Source: an uncultured Clostridia bacterium
GTDB lineage: Bacteria > Bacillota > Clostridia > TANB77 > CAG-508
NCBI GenBank assembly: GCA_947628815.1
Contig: CANRBJ010000002.1
Coordinates: 3,584-67,583 of the forward strand
DNA: 64,000 nucleotides
Reading direction: 5' to 3'
Numbering within the stretch: the first letter of the stretch is position 1; each line of letters begins with the position of its first letter. A model generated the notes under the pieces. The model was not told the origin of the DNA and did no database searches. It saw only the letters and a list, made by a program, of their open reading frames with translations. The translations under genes were made by a program, and so were the position numbers. This document shows positions 8,050 through 17,794 of this stretch, one piece after another.

Positions 8050-8477
8050 CCTCTTGTACCTCCGAACATCACCTCTTTAAGACCGATTCGTTCTTCTAGC
8101 GAACCTACCTCTGCAGATGCAATGTTTCCGTCAGATTCCTGCACTTCTACTCGATAACAGTAGCAGTTGCGTTTTTTATCTACCGGAAGTAGTGCAATGA
8201 AATATGCAGCCATATTCTCTGCAGTAGGATTGAAGTCATCTCGTCGTAGTTCTCTCTGAAGTACTTCGTTGATGTACTGATGATCAAATCTGTCATGAAT
8301 GTATTTTTTGATTGCTTTGAAGTCAATGACCATTCCGTTTGCATCAAGACGGTCGGATCTAAAGTATACTTTGATATGCCAGTTGTGTCCGTGCAACCTC
8401 TGACAAGGGCTGTCATAGTTTAGACTCAGTTTATGAGAACCTGCTATCTCAAGAGATTTGCAAACTGTATACTGCAT
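8046..8477 (-). CDS. queD: 6-carboxy-5,6,7,8-tetrahydropterin synthase (PTPS family)
   Basis: CQRLHGHNWHIKVYF is the QueD/PTPS zinc motif. There is a 4-nt overlap with queE. Confidence 0.85.
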   Translation of the reverse strand: MQYTVCKSLEIAGSHKLSLNYDSPCQRLHGHNWHIKVYFRSDRLDANGMVIDFKAIKKYIHDRFDHQYINEVLQRELRRDDFNPTAENMAAYFIALLPVDKKRNCYCYRVEVQESDGNIASAEVGSLEERIGLKEVMFGGTRG

Positions 8478-8479
8478 AA

Positions 8480-9181
8480 TTATTCTCCTTTCGTCTGTGC
8501 TGGATCTTCAATTCCATTTGCTGCAAATGCAGCAGCTCGGTCGATGCAAGTTCCGCATGTTCCACAAGGTACATCTCCACCTTCATAGCATGACCAAGTT
8601 AATTCATAAGGAACACCTAACTTGATGCCAGTAGCTACTACAGTTGCCTTATTCATATTTACCAGCGGAGCTTCAACATGAACATTTTTATATGTACCGA
8701 TGTTGATTGCTGTGCTCATTGCATCTGTAAATGCTTGACTACAATCAGCATATGCGTTACCAGCTGCATCATCTGCATGTGCACCGATATAGAGGCTCAC
8801 ATCTTCTTTAGGAAACAGCGACATTGCGAGTGCTGCTGCAGATGATAACATGAGGCCATTTCGGAAAGGAACATATGTGCTGACCATGCCCTCTCCGTCC
8901 TCTGCAATCTGCTCTGCGTAAGACTTGTGTTTGATTTCTTCTGTAGACTGTTTGAGTAGTGAGCAGTTGCTGTATTGCATGATATTTGTCAGATCAAGCA
9001 CATAATGTGCAACTTTGTAATAGTCTGCAACTTTCTGAGCGCAAACAAGCTCCTTGTCGTGCTTCTGACCATATTTGAATGAAACGGTGACAACATTTTC
9101 CGCACCAAACCTATCTACAGCGATACCTACGCAGGTAGTGGAATCAACCCCACCACTGCTCATAACAATAGCTTTTTTCAT
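8480..9181 (-). CDS. queC: 7-cyano-7-deazaguanine (preQ0) synthase
   Basis: PP-loop VMSSGGVDSTTC. C-terminal Zn cluster CYEGGDVPCGTCGTCIDR. ATG at 9181 lies 9 nt after an AAGGAGG RBS. Confidence 0.9.
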   Translation of the reverse strand: MKKAIVMSSGGVDSTTCVGIAVDRFGAENVVTVSFKYGQKHDKELVCAQKVADYYKVAHYVLDLTNIMQYSNCSLLKQSTEEIKHKSYAEQIAEDGEGMVSTYVPFRNGLMLSSAAALAMSLFPKEDVSLYIGAHADDAAGNAYADCSQAFTDAMSTAINIGTYKNVHVEAPLVNMNKATVVATGIKLGVPYELTWSCYEGGDVPCGTCGTCIDRAAAFAANGIEDPAQTKGE

Positions 9182-9195
9182 TTCTAACATCCTCC

Positions 9196-9708
9196 TTACA
9201 TATCATATCTGACAGTCCTATTTGATGCATCTTTGAGCACATCAAGCTGTCTTGATTCTACAAACGATTTGAACTTAGGAAATTTCGGGTTAGCCCAGTT
9301 GGCCATCGGAAAGATAGAGATGCCGCCCCTTGGGCTGAAGATTCCTCGAACTTCAATATATTTTGGATCCATTAGGTTGATGAGATCTTTCATGATGATG
9401 TTAACGCAGTCCTCGTGGAAATCCCCATGGTTGCGGAAGCTGAATAAATACAGCTTTAGAGACTTGCTCTCAACCATTTTTTCATTAGGGATATAGCTGA
9501 TGATAATTTTTGCAAAATCTGGTTGGCCGGTCTTAGGACACAAGCTCGAATATTCATATGCATCAAACGACACTACATAGTCATTGTCCGGGTGCTTGTT
9601 CGTGAAAGTCTCAAGTACTTCCGGAGTATAGTCGTAGTTATACTTGGTGTTTTTGTTTCCAAGAAGCGTAACACCTTCAAGCTCTTTTTTGTTTCTACCT
9701 TCTGCCAT
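9196..9708 (-). CDS. queF: NADPH-dependent 7-cyano-7-deazaguanine reductase (preQ0 to preQ1)
   Basis: [49 protein letters not shown] is the QueF catalytic Cys and QueF motif. ATG at 9708 lies 7 nt after a GGAGGT RBS. Confidence 0.85.
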   Translation of the reverse strand: MAEGRNKKELEGVTLLGNKNTKYNYDYTPEVLETFTNKHPDNDYVVSFDAYEYSSLCPKTGQPDFAKIIISYIPNEKMVESKSLKLYLFSFRNHGDFHEDCVNIIMKDLINLMDPKYIEVRGIFSPRGGISIFPMANWANPKFPKFKSFVESRQLDVLKDASNRTVRYDM

Positions 9709-9713
9709 CTTTA

Positions 9714-10403
9714 TTACCTCCAAATGAAATTATGGTTGATCATTTCTCCATTGTCAACAATGATGTCTTCGCCAGTACAACTTTTGTTTATCACAGACAA
9801 GAAGTAAATCCATTCAGCTGCTTCTTCAGCGGACATCCATTTTTTCATAGGGGTTTGATCTATGATGGCCTGCCAGAGATGCTTGTCTTTCATTACTGGG
9901 AGATTGAGTGTTGTTTCTACTCCGCCGAAAGAGAGGCTGTTTACAGTAACTCGTTTTGATGCAAAATATTTCGCTGCCCATACTGTGTAAGCGAGGACTC
10001 CACCTTTGCTTGCGACATACTCAGGAAATTCTGCACCGTTGTGCGCTGATACCGAAGCCAGATTTACAATAGATTTCAGATTGCTGTCATCTTGTATCGC
10101 ATATTTTTCTGTGCAATATATTACACCTTTCAAATTTACATCTATATCAGTACCGATGATGTTATTATCTTTAGGAGTTTGCTGACCTGCGTTGTTGATA
10201 AGAATACTCACCCCCGAAATATCAGGAAGTGTTTCAGGACGCGATACATCTGCAATATGGTGGATGTATTCATCGTGAGCGATCCTGCTCCCCTCGATGT
10301 CAATTCCGTGTACTGTGTAACCTTCTCTGAGGAATTTCTTTGCAGTTTCATATCCGATGCCGTTGGATGATCCAGTCACAACGACAAGTCCTTTAGCATT
10401 CAT
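9714..10403 (-). CDS. Short-chain dehydrogenase/reductase (SDR) family oxidoreductase
   Basis: [12 protein letters not shown] (TGxxxGIG), NNAG, and S...YVASK catalytic motifs. Overlaps yhhQ by 4 nt, and its stop lies between the queF RBS and start. Confidence 0.8.
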   Translation of the reverse strand: MNAKGLVVVTGSSNGIGYETAKKFLREGYTVHGIDIEGSRIAHDEYIHHIADVSRPETLPDISGVSILINNAGQQTPKDNNIIGTDIDVNLKGVIYCTEKYAIQDDSNLKSIVNLASVSAHNGAEFPEYVASKGGVLAYTVWAAKYFASKRVTVNSLSFGGVETTLNLPVMKDKHLWQAIIDQTPMKKWMSAEEAAEWIYFLSVINKSCTGEDIIVDNGEMINHNFIWR

Positions 10404-11146
10404 TGTTTATCCCTCCACCTGAAGTATTGAGATCCAACATTATCACGTTCCCAGGCTTTGTTTGCTTTGTATCCAAGCGGGCTGAAGACAATTTCGCACA
10501 ATAGTTCTGCAGCACATCCTGTAATAGAACAAACGACACACTGTAGCATAGTCCAGCCGAAGAATACATGGCTAACAATAAGTGCAAAAATCATATTATC
10601 AATGAATTGTCCAATCATTGTTGACACATATGACCTGACAGCGAATGCCTTGAAGTTGTTTGTTTTCATCATCTTGCCGATGAATTCATTTAGGAGAGAG
10701 TTGACAATCGCAGATACTAAGAATGCAACAGAGCTGCCAAACAGCACATACCAAGTTCCTGCAAACGTATCATCAAGGGCCTGGTTGACAATGCTGTTTT
10801 CATAAGTATAATACTCCCCCCAGTTACCTGGAACCTTCATGACGAGGAATAGTATCGCACATACCAGCAAGTTGCATCCTAATGCGAAAATCGAGATTTT
10901 GATTGAGGCTTTGGCGCCAAACCGCTTTGTCAACATGTCCATACTCAAGAAGCTGAGCCAACTGACAAAGAAGCCGCAGTCCAAAGTTAACCACGAGATG
11001 GGGATTTCAATTTCTCTGTTAGCAAGCAGGTTCATCAAGATAACAGATACTGTAAACAATGCTACTACCGAAGAAGGCACGTTCCTCATGAGAACTTTGA
11101 AATCTTCAACCTCGCGGTGGATTAGTCCTGTTTTTTGTTTTGACAT
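10400..11146 (-). CDS. yhhQ: YhhQ/DUF165-family queuosine-precursor (preQ0/preQ1) transporter
   Basis: Multi-pass membrane protein. FVSWLSFLSMDMLTKRFGAKAS resembles E. coli YhhQ FSFPFIFLATDLTVRIFGAPLA. First gene of the que operon. Confidence 0.65.
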   Translation of the reverse strand: MSKQKTGLIHREVEDFKVLMRNVPSSVVALFTVSVILMNLLANREIEIPISWLTLDCGFFVSWLSFLSMDMLTKRFGAKASIKISIFALGCNLLVCAILFLVMKVPGNWGEYYTYENSIVNQALDDTFAGTWYVLFGSSVAFLVSAIVNSLLNEFIGKMMKTNNFKAFAVRSYVSTMIGQFIDNMIFALIVSHVFFGWTMLQCVVCSITGCAAELLCEIVFSPLGYKANKAWERDNVGSQYFRWRDKQ

Positions 11147-11149
11147 AAC

Positions 11150-11290
11150 TATGTACCTCCATTATTTTTGTTTTACGAGTGGATGTCAGGATCATTACAA
11201 AACACTCATTCATATGTAAACAGAGTGGATCAAACTCTGTGTTACAACTTATTTTCGCCTTATAATCTTCAATACTAAGTCAAGTAGATC
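11150..11290 (-). promoter_or_regulatory. Structured ~140-nt leader of the yhhQ-que operon (riboswitch-like; class unassigned)
   Basis: On the minus strand, hairpin ACAGAGT/ACTCTGT followed by TTT. A second hairpin, GAGTG/CACTC, is followed by an A-rich tail running into the GGAGG RBS. ATCCACTC occurs twice, which allows alternative pairing. Confidence 0.3.
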
Positions 11291-11568
11291 TGAATTATAT
11301 AAGGTTCGTGTTTATTCTTTCTTGATTTCTATCATTGTGTTATTGGTTCAATTAAACAATTCTTTTTGGATATATATAGATTTGACTCGTTTCATTTTAG
11401 CTGATGCTTATTCGGAATTTTCTTTGCTAGTCCAGATTGTATTTGTAAGTCAAATATTTCAGTAATTTCACATCATAAAAGTTTTGTAAGCGAACTTCGC
11501 AGTTGTCTTTCCTACATATTATTTAACGATTACACCATGTAAAATACTTTGCATCGTCGTGTCACCCC

Positions 11569-12834
11569 TCATGCGTCTACTGCTGTCATGAAAGCATTCA
11601 TTGCTTCGTCAACAACGCTGCTTGCTGGTTCATGCTTTTCAGATGCGTATGTTGCTTTGCAACGAGTAAGCCAAGTCTGCTTGCATCCTCTGTATTCATC
11701 GTGCTTCTTAATCGTGCCTTTGATGGAGGCGACAACTTTATCAGCATATATTCCGGAACTAGAGTCCCACATGAAAATGTGACCTTCCTCGTCCGTTATC
11801 TTATAACGAATTGTCACTCCGAACTGATTTTCCAAGTAAGTGATAACTTCTACCTGAGGATTCGCTATCTCAATTCTCTGACCTACTTCACCTACGAATT
11901 CAGATGCATCAGCAGCTTCTTTCTCTTTGCGAATCTTCTCCTCAATTGAAAGGTGCTTATTGTATGCTTTAATCATCGACACTGCAAAACCCATGTTCTT
12001 GTAATCAATGTAATCTGATTTGGCAATGACTTTCAAGTTGTGAATGTAGTCGCTATCATCATCGGAAGTTCTTACATATTCGAGAATAGCCGAAACCTTT
12101 TCCTTGACATCTTCCGAATCATGTCGGTCACCATACTTGCATCTAAAATTCTCTACGCGACGTCTTTCTTCTCTCGAAAGACGAGCGTCATTCTCATCAT
12201 ACAGATATGCGATATGAACTTCGTCCTTAGTAGAAACGCCTTTCCATTCAGATGTAGGAACATAGCCGATATCGTTGACGATCTGGACTGCATACTTGAG
12301 GACTTCCTCTACCTTGAACCAATGTTTGAAATGATAGCCCTGCGACGGAGCCTCGCCCTGGATGAGTTCGTCAAACAATGAAATGTAGAAAGCTGCTGCT
12401 TCTGCACTGAACCCATTGGTGAAATCATTCAAGCAGCTTGAGCCTACCTGTTTGAATTCTCCTGTCTCTTCATTGTGTACGATGTAAGTGTCCTTACGAT
12501 GTCTCTTGGAATGGCAATGTTCGCAATCAGGTCCGCAAGTCTTGTACCTTTCAGGTATCTCGATATCTTTGAGTGATCTGATGATGTTACCAGCTTCGGT
12601 GTGATCAATAGTAGCTGCGAAAGTCCAACCATTGACGATAGCAGTTCCCTCACACTCAACGATGACAAACCGTTCAACGTGTTCATTGGGCTCACCTTCC
12701 TCAAGTGTACGGAACTCCTCTCCGATAACTTGATAATGGAAATCGCACCCGTACTTTTGGCATTTCGTACGGATGCGATTTATCTTCTTCTCAAGTCTCT
12801 CAAGATTTGATTCATGAATAGCGAATGTTTTCAT
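11569..12834 (-). CDS. Hypothetical protein with a Cys/His cluster
   Basis: ORF track gives 11569..12873. ATG at 12834 (MKTFAIH) has an AGGAGGT RBS. Contains CGPDCEHCHSKRHRK...VGSSCLNDF. Family not recognised. Confidence 0.6.
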   Translation of the reverse strand: MKTFAIHESNLERLEKKINRIRTKCQKYGCDFHYQVIGEEFRTLEEGEPNEHVERFVIVECEGTAIVNGWTFAATIDHTEAGNIIRSLKDIEIPERYKTCGPDCEHCHSKRHRKDTYIVHNEETGEFKQVGSSCLNDFTNGFSAEAAAFYISLFDELIQGEAPSQGYHFKHWFKVEEVLKYAVQIVNDIGYVPTSEWKGVSTKDEVHIAYLYDENDARLSREERRRVENFRCKYGDRHDSEDVKEKVSAILEYVRTSDDDSDYIHNLKVIAKSDYIDYKNMGFAVSMIKAYNKHLSIEEKIRKEKEAADASEFVGEVGQRIEIANPQVEVITYLENQFGVTIRYKITDEEGHIFMWDSSSGIYADKVVASIKGTIKKHDEYRGCKQTWLTRCKATYASEKHEPASSVVDEAMNAFMTAVDA

Positions 12835-12930
12835 GATTGTACCTCCTACTTTTGTAGCTTTGATGTTTGGCACTATGTGTTTACAATTATATTATAGACG
12901 GATTTGGGCGAAAAGTCAACCTTTGCTTAT

Positions 12931-12945
12931 TTTCTGTAACGAATC
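12931..12945 (-). promoter_or_regulatory. Phage promoter-motif variant (ATTCGTTA-CAGAAA)
   Basis: Motif 8-mer is intact but the hexamer is weak. Lies 97 nt upstream of ATG 12834. Confidence 0.35.
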
Positions 12946-13672
12946 ATCTCTTCTCGTAGACGAGATTAGATGCTACGACTTTGCGATTGAAGCAAGTACT
13001 AGATAGGATCACATTATCTGATTCGAGTATATCATTAATGGTTGCGTTAAGAAAATATATTTTATAGCCCTTACTAGACTCTCGAGCAATAGTGTATTTT
13101 GTGCTTGAGTTTTCACTTATATCATTTGCAAGAATACCATAGTCGATAATGACGCTATTCCAATCGAAATCATCTTCACTGCTGATTCTGAATTCAACTA
13201 CATTATTGAAAACAGATACCTTCACAAAATTATTTTTAAGATATTTGTACCACTTATTATTAAGACGATTAAAATGAGCTTGCGTCTTATCATCGACACC
13301 TGCCTTGAAATCATTTGTATGCTTCATCAACATACCTCTGACAGTAGGTGCGTAACGCATTTCGGCATAACTATTGAAATTAGTGACATCTATAATAGAT
13401 GCTGTTGTTCCTGGGTCTGCATTCTGCTCATTCAGCAGATATTCTGAAAAACAGTAAGTTAGAACCACATATGCATCATCTTCTGTTATCTTCCCGATTC
13501 TCAAGAGAAATTCAGCGTCTGTAGGCACAAGATGATATATGCCTCTATCGAGAAATGTAGTAGAGGGTGCATGCACCATTGTTTCCAGAATATCACCGTC
13601 TCTGGCCAGTAAATAAGAACCTTGACTCAAGTTCGTATTCGTTCTAATGTATCGTCTAATGTATCGCTTCAT
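12944..13672 (-). CDS. Hypothetical protein
   Basis: ORF track gives 12944..13702. ATG at 13672 (MKRYIRR) lies 6 nt after a GGAGGT RBS. Confidence 0.6.
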   Translation of the reverse strand: MKRYIRRYIRTNTNLSQGSYLLARDGDILETMVHAPSTTFLDRGIYHLVPTDAEFLLRIGKITEDDAYVVLTYCFSEYLLNEQNADPGTTASIIDVTNFNSYAEMRYAPTVRGMLMKHTNDFKAGVDDKTQAHFNRLNNKWYKYLKNNFVKVSVFNNVVEFRISSEDDFDWNSVIIDYGILANDISENSSTKYTIARESSKGYKIYFLNATINDILESDNVILSSTCFNRKVVASNLVYEKR

Positions 13673-13744
13673 TATCATACCTCCAGCGGTGACTCTATAC
13701 AAAACAAATTTGTATATTTCATTACATGTGACGATTCATCGAAT

Positions 13745-13933
13745 TTACTTAACAAGATAAGTAGAATCGTCAATTTCAGTTGCTTTATCTTCGCGGCACA
13801 TGCCTTCAAGAGTTTCGAGCATATCAAACATGTCTATACCTAACTTATTTGCTTCATAGATGAGACCACCTGGCTCCTCTGCGAGGTATTTTCTTTTAGA
13901 AATTGTCTGACCGGATAAATTTTTGGAAATCAT
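13745..13933 (-). CDS. Hypothetical small protein
   Basis: 62-codon ORF on the gene strand. The nearest AAGGAGG is 20 nt upstream, which is long spacing. Confidence 0.4.
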   Translation of the reverse strand: MISKNLSGQTISKRKYLAEEPGGLIYEANKLGIDMFDMLETLEGMCREDKATEIDDSTYLVK

Positions 13934-14022
13934 TTGACTGTACGTTTTAGACGCCTCCTTACCGAAGTAGTAACTATCTACACATTCGAAGTGATTAATC
14001 CTTTCATTTCGTCCACCTCTAT

Positions 14023-14037
14023 TATCTATAACGAATC
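14023..14037 (-). promoter_or_regulatory. Phage promoter-motif copy (ATTCGTTA-TAGATA)
   Basis: Motif family member overlapping the stop of 14036..14437. Confidence 0.45.
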
Positions 14038-14437
14038 AGAACAAAAATTCCAAATCTTCATATGCTCTAGATACTCTCTTGCAGACTTTTTCAAAAATTA
14101 TCTCTTTTGCGAACTGAAGGTCTTGGAGTTTCTCAGGAGAAAATACATCAAACCCAAGTGTTCTTGCTTCTGGAGTGATTTCAATTACATCTACTCTTAT
14201 CTTATTCTGATAAGTAGTAACATTTATGTCTATATGCATCTCTTGCATCTTACTAGTTGCAATACCTAATCTTGGATGGATAGTTTGATAATATAAGATA
14301 AAATAGATATCATATGTATTAGGAGATGACTTAAATTTGTAAGCAGTTTCTAGATGATCATATAGATATTTCCCGATTCTTTTTACCTGTTGACTTGCAG
14401 GGATGTTAATAGGCTGAGATTTGCAAAAAATCTTCAT
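14036..14437 (-). CDS. Hypothetical protein
   Basis: 133-codon ORF with a GGAGTAATCG RBS region, directly downstream of the large fibre gene. Confidence 0.55.
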   Translation of the reverse strand: MKIFCKSQPINIPASQQVKRIGKYLYDHLETAYKFKSSPNTYDIYFILYYQTIHPRLGIATSKMQEMHIDINVTTYQNKIRVDVIEITPEARTLGFDVFSPEKLQDLQFAKEIIFEKVCKRVSRAYEDLEFLF

Positions 14438-14450
14438 GTACGATTACTCC

Positions 14451-17400
14451 TTACTTTTGATAGAATATTCCAGATACTGTAAAATTCATGTACTCTGAAT
14501 ATAAATTTTTACCTCTACCGGTTTCGTCAGAAGTATCTTTATCCCAAATATTTAGTTGATCATTGTATCCATCTGCATATGAACTAACGAAAGCAATGAT
14601 AGTGGAATCATCCCTGCCACCTGATTTAGAAGTAGCTAATCCACCCATTGCCATCCAAGAACCACCGCATGGTTCACCATTTCCTTGTTCGTTTTCTTTC
14701 AATATATTCCATATGCCAGATCCACTTTCTGTGGTGTTTCTAAATTGATATTTATCCTTATTCAAATAAGAATACTTACCTGTAAATTTGATTCCGAAAA
14801 TATGACTCAGCTGACCGTAGCTATATCTGTAATAAGGATTGATTTCATTTCCAGTATTTATTACATTCTTCGAATCAAGTTTATCTGAATGTCTAAAGGC
14901 AAATCCAGCCTTAGGATCGGACTTGCCTTCACTTCTAGCCTTTTTTATCGCATTTGAGGATGGCCAATAGAATCCCAGATTAGAATTTTGGCTGTCAAAT
15001 TTAGGTTTACCAAGACGGTAATCATTACCGCCATCTGTATATATACTGTCTATTATGAGTGATACTGAACTTGGATCACCATCTTCATCTTTATCCTCAC
15101 TTGGTAGTATTCGTAAGCCTAATTTTATTCCATCCTCAAACTCTTTAGTAGAATAATTAAAACTCTTGAATCCATTATATGCTTTGACAATGAATCCATC
15201 TTCTTGATCAGTATCCACTTGATTTATTCTGGTGTATCCTAATCCCGCTATATTGTAAGGCATGGTGTTAGTAATGGTAAATTTACCTTTATCTTTATTA
15301 TATGTTACTGAAATGCCGTTTCCGGCTGTAATATCAGATTGAAATAATTCGACAAATCTATTGACAAAGAAAGGTGAGTGTAATATATCAATTGATTTAT
15401 TCTCTACTAATGCCCTCAGTATATCATCCCAATGTATGCTACCGTCCCTCATATCAGTTATACTTCCATCAGTACCTAACATATTATAATATTCTCCAGA
15501 TGAAGATGCTATAGAAAGTGATTTAGTTTGGTGATATCCTGCAGTATTTATTACGCTTTGCGGACCTTTGTCTGATACATATCCATTAGGGATAGGAATA
15601 GCTACAGATTTTGGGGAGGTCTCTTTAATAGAAACAGTCATATTTATAGAATCTGATATAGATAAACCGTAATCTGAATACGATATGGATCCTTTCTTGG
15701 CAAAGTATTTGGTGAATACAAATCCTCCAGATTTCTGCCTTCCAGTTTCCAGATTATAGAATTTACCTTTCTCTAGTAGTTCTGACAAGGTGAGCTTTCT
15801 GTAAGCTTGATTAATCTTGGTATAGGTAGTCCTACTACCTTCATAGTCTTGAGTATATCCATTCAATTGTGCATCTGAGAATATGTCAGATAATTTTGTA
15901 TTTTTATATAACCACTGCCAGTCATGAGAATTGTCACCCATAGGCAGTGACCTCGTCGGATCTTGTAGAGCTGCTGGTTCTATACCTATTGAACTTAAGT
16001 ATTCTGATATACTGATGTGACCTGGAATATGCTCAGAATCCCACCAAGTACCTAAGTATTTAGCATTGTTTTGATTGAAGCTATCAGAGGATGGAGGAAT
16101 TAAAAATGGTAAGTTGCAATCAATACCTCCTAGTTTATCTATATAGTCTACTCGGTTACTTTCTTTAAATACTGGAATGATAACTATGTTAGAAATATAA
16201 GTAGCATTTGCATAAGTAGGTTGTATCAATTGTAATATGAAGTAAAATTTAGTTTTCCAATCATTTGGATGATTATTAACCACCATATTATACATAGATT
16301 TATTTATAGAAGAAGTAACAGTTGATGAAACTGTGTAGCTTAGATTTAAGAGTGCATCTAGTAGATTTTTATCCTCTATAGGATCTATTCCAAATTCCTC
16401 TCGGAATCTATCAGATAACGTACCTGAAATTCGTCGACTCATACTTACTCCTATACCTTGATAGCTTCCTGGATCTCCAGCATTGTGTTGGGTATGAAAG
16501 AATGGGGATATGGGTTCGCTACTAGATAAAGTACCATATATTGGAGATATGAAAGTATCTGCTACAGGAATATGAGACCAATCATTAGAATTAGATGAAG
16601 TATTATCTAATTGTTTGAGGACATAATCATCTTGATCTCTTGATAGAGCGTAGTTATTAGGTATTGATGATTGAAAAGATCTACTTTTGTTCAAGGTTTC
16701 TTCGTCTTTACCCTCTAGAAGCTTGATAGTACCTGGAGCCACAGTATCTATCGGATTGAGGTGGTTACTTTCTACAGAATTTGATTTCGTCCCGAATAAT
16801 GCAGGAGGAAATGCCGCATCTCGTTGATACACAGTTAATACAGAATCACCATTTACTTTATTGATATCTACTACTGTTAGGTTTATCCTTGAATCTGAAT
16901 GATTGGTTTCATAATAATCACCAGGATCAGTAGATTCCATATCAATTACTGGTACAGATTTTACCTCTTTAGCAACAGATTCTCTGGCGATTTTTCTGGA
17001 ATATTTATTATCAAGATAATAATTTATATATGAAGGTGGTACTGAAAATATTACTTTATTGGCCCAGGGATATACTGCCGGTCCTAAGAATGCTCCATCT
17101 TCAGGAGAATTGGTATAAGTATCAGTAGAACCATCTAATCCTGATACACCTTTCAAAGTAGTACGTAAGGTGAATCCGGTCAGAAGGAGATTAAATGAAT
17201 TATTAATTTTATCAGAGAAATATATTCTTAGTCTTGGTGTAGCTGATATTGATAGATCTGGTAAGAAATCTTTAGGAGGCTCACCGTGGGTAGTAGATTT
17301 CCATGTACCGGGCTGAATTATAATTGCATCTACTACTTTCATATATTCCTTAAGTTGATTCTGATAATTACTATTTAGTTCCGATGTCAATTGAGAGGTA

Positions 17401-17780
17401 GTAGGGTATTCAGTAGAATTAGAGGTATGCTTACCAGGTGTAGGATAATTGGCAGTATTATATAAGAGAGGACCATAATCAGTCACCTTCACTGCCCATC
17501 TACCATTTAGACTAACTTGACCTAGAAACAATGAACCTATGATAGTATTTGCTGCAGATAATTCAGTATCCTTAGGGAAGCTAATATCTACATAATGATG
17601 CCCTGAAGTATTATCTTTAGGTATATTTACTATCATAGAAGATCCCATAGCTACAGTAGAAGCTAACCATTCTCTCTCCGAAGCTGGAGTATGGTTTGGG
17701 TCTTCGCTCAGTGCTTGCCTTTTGTATATTTCGTAGGCAGAATATCCTACTACTCTACCTTCATTATATATTTTCTTCAT
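14451..17780 (-). CDS. Large tail fibre / receptor-binding structural protein (1109 aa)
   Basis: N-terminus GYSAYEIYKRQ...SEREWLAS resembles the SAYE...EWL motif common in Gram-positive phage fibre proteins. Supported by its size and its position in the fibre cluster. Confidence 0.5.
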   Translation of the reverse strand: MKKIYNEGRVVGYSAYEIYKRQALSEDPNHTPASEREWLASTVAMGSSMIVNIPKDNTSGHHYVDISFPKDTELSAANTIIGSLFLGQVSLNGRWAVKVTDYGPLLYNTANYPTPGKHTSNSTEYPTTSQLTSELNSNYQNQLKEYMKVVDAIIIQPGTWKSTTHGEPPKDFLPDLSISATPRLRIYFSDKINNSFNLLLTGFTLRTTLKGVSGLDGSTDTYTNSPEDGAFLGPAVYPWANKVIFSVPPSYINYYLDNKYSRKIARESVAKEVKSVPVIDMESTDPGDYYETNHSDSRINLTVVDINKVNGDSVLTVYQRDAAFPPALFGTKSNSVESNHLNPIDTVAPGTIKLLEGKDEETLNKSRSFQSSIPNNYALSRDQDDYVLKQLDNTSSNSNDWSHIPVADTFISPIYGTLSSSEPISPFFHTQHNAGDPGSYQGIGVSMSRRISGTLSDRFREEFGIDPIEDKNLLDALLNLSYTVSSTVTSSINKSMYNMVVNNHPNDWKTKFYFILQLIQPTYANATYISNIVIIPVFKESNRVDYIDKLGGIDCNLPFLIPPSSDSFNQNNAKYLGTWWDSEHIPGHISISEYLSSIGIEPAALQDPTRSLPMGDNSHDWQWLYKNTKLSDIFSDAQLNGYTQDYEGSRTTYTKINQAYRKLTLSELLEKGKFYNLETGRQKSGGFVFTKYFAKKGSISYSDYGLSISDSINMTVSIKETSPKSVAIPIPNGYVSDKGPQSVINTAGYHQTKSLSIASSSGEYYNMLGTDGSITDMRDGSIHWDDILRALVENKSIDILHSPFFVNRFVELFQSDITAGNGISVTYNKDKGKFTITNTMPYNIAGLGYTRINQVDTDQEDGFIVKAYNGFKSFNYSTKEFEDGIKLGLRILPSEDKDEDGDPSSVSLIIDSIYTDGGNDYRLGKPKFDSQNSNLGFYWPSSNAIKKARSEGKSDPKAGFAFRHSDKLDSKNVINTGNEINPYYRYSYGQLSHIFGIKFTGKYSYLNKDKYQFRNTTESGSGIWNILKENEQGNGEPCGGSWMAMGGLATSKSGGRDDSTIIAFVSSYADGYNDQLNIWDKDTSDETGRGKNLYSEYMNFTVSGIFYQK

Positions 17781-17794
17781 ATATTTCTCCCTTC

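Noticed and set aside
10393-10587. Same-strand nested ORFs: 10393..10587 inside the transporter gene, 12444..12704 inside 11569..12834, 8180..8416 inside queD, and 33940..34143 inside the helicase.
   Set aside because: These are out-of-frame overlaps within genes whose main frames carry clear family motifs. None has an RBS.
11150-11210. Assignment of the que-operon leader hairpin to the preQ1-I riboswitch class.
   Set aside because: The stem plus A-rich tail plus SD layout is suggestive. However, the loop is 21 nt versus about 9-11 nt, and I could not find the conserved loop residues I remember for preQ1-I. It is kept only as an unclassified riboswitch-like leader.
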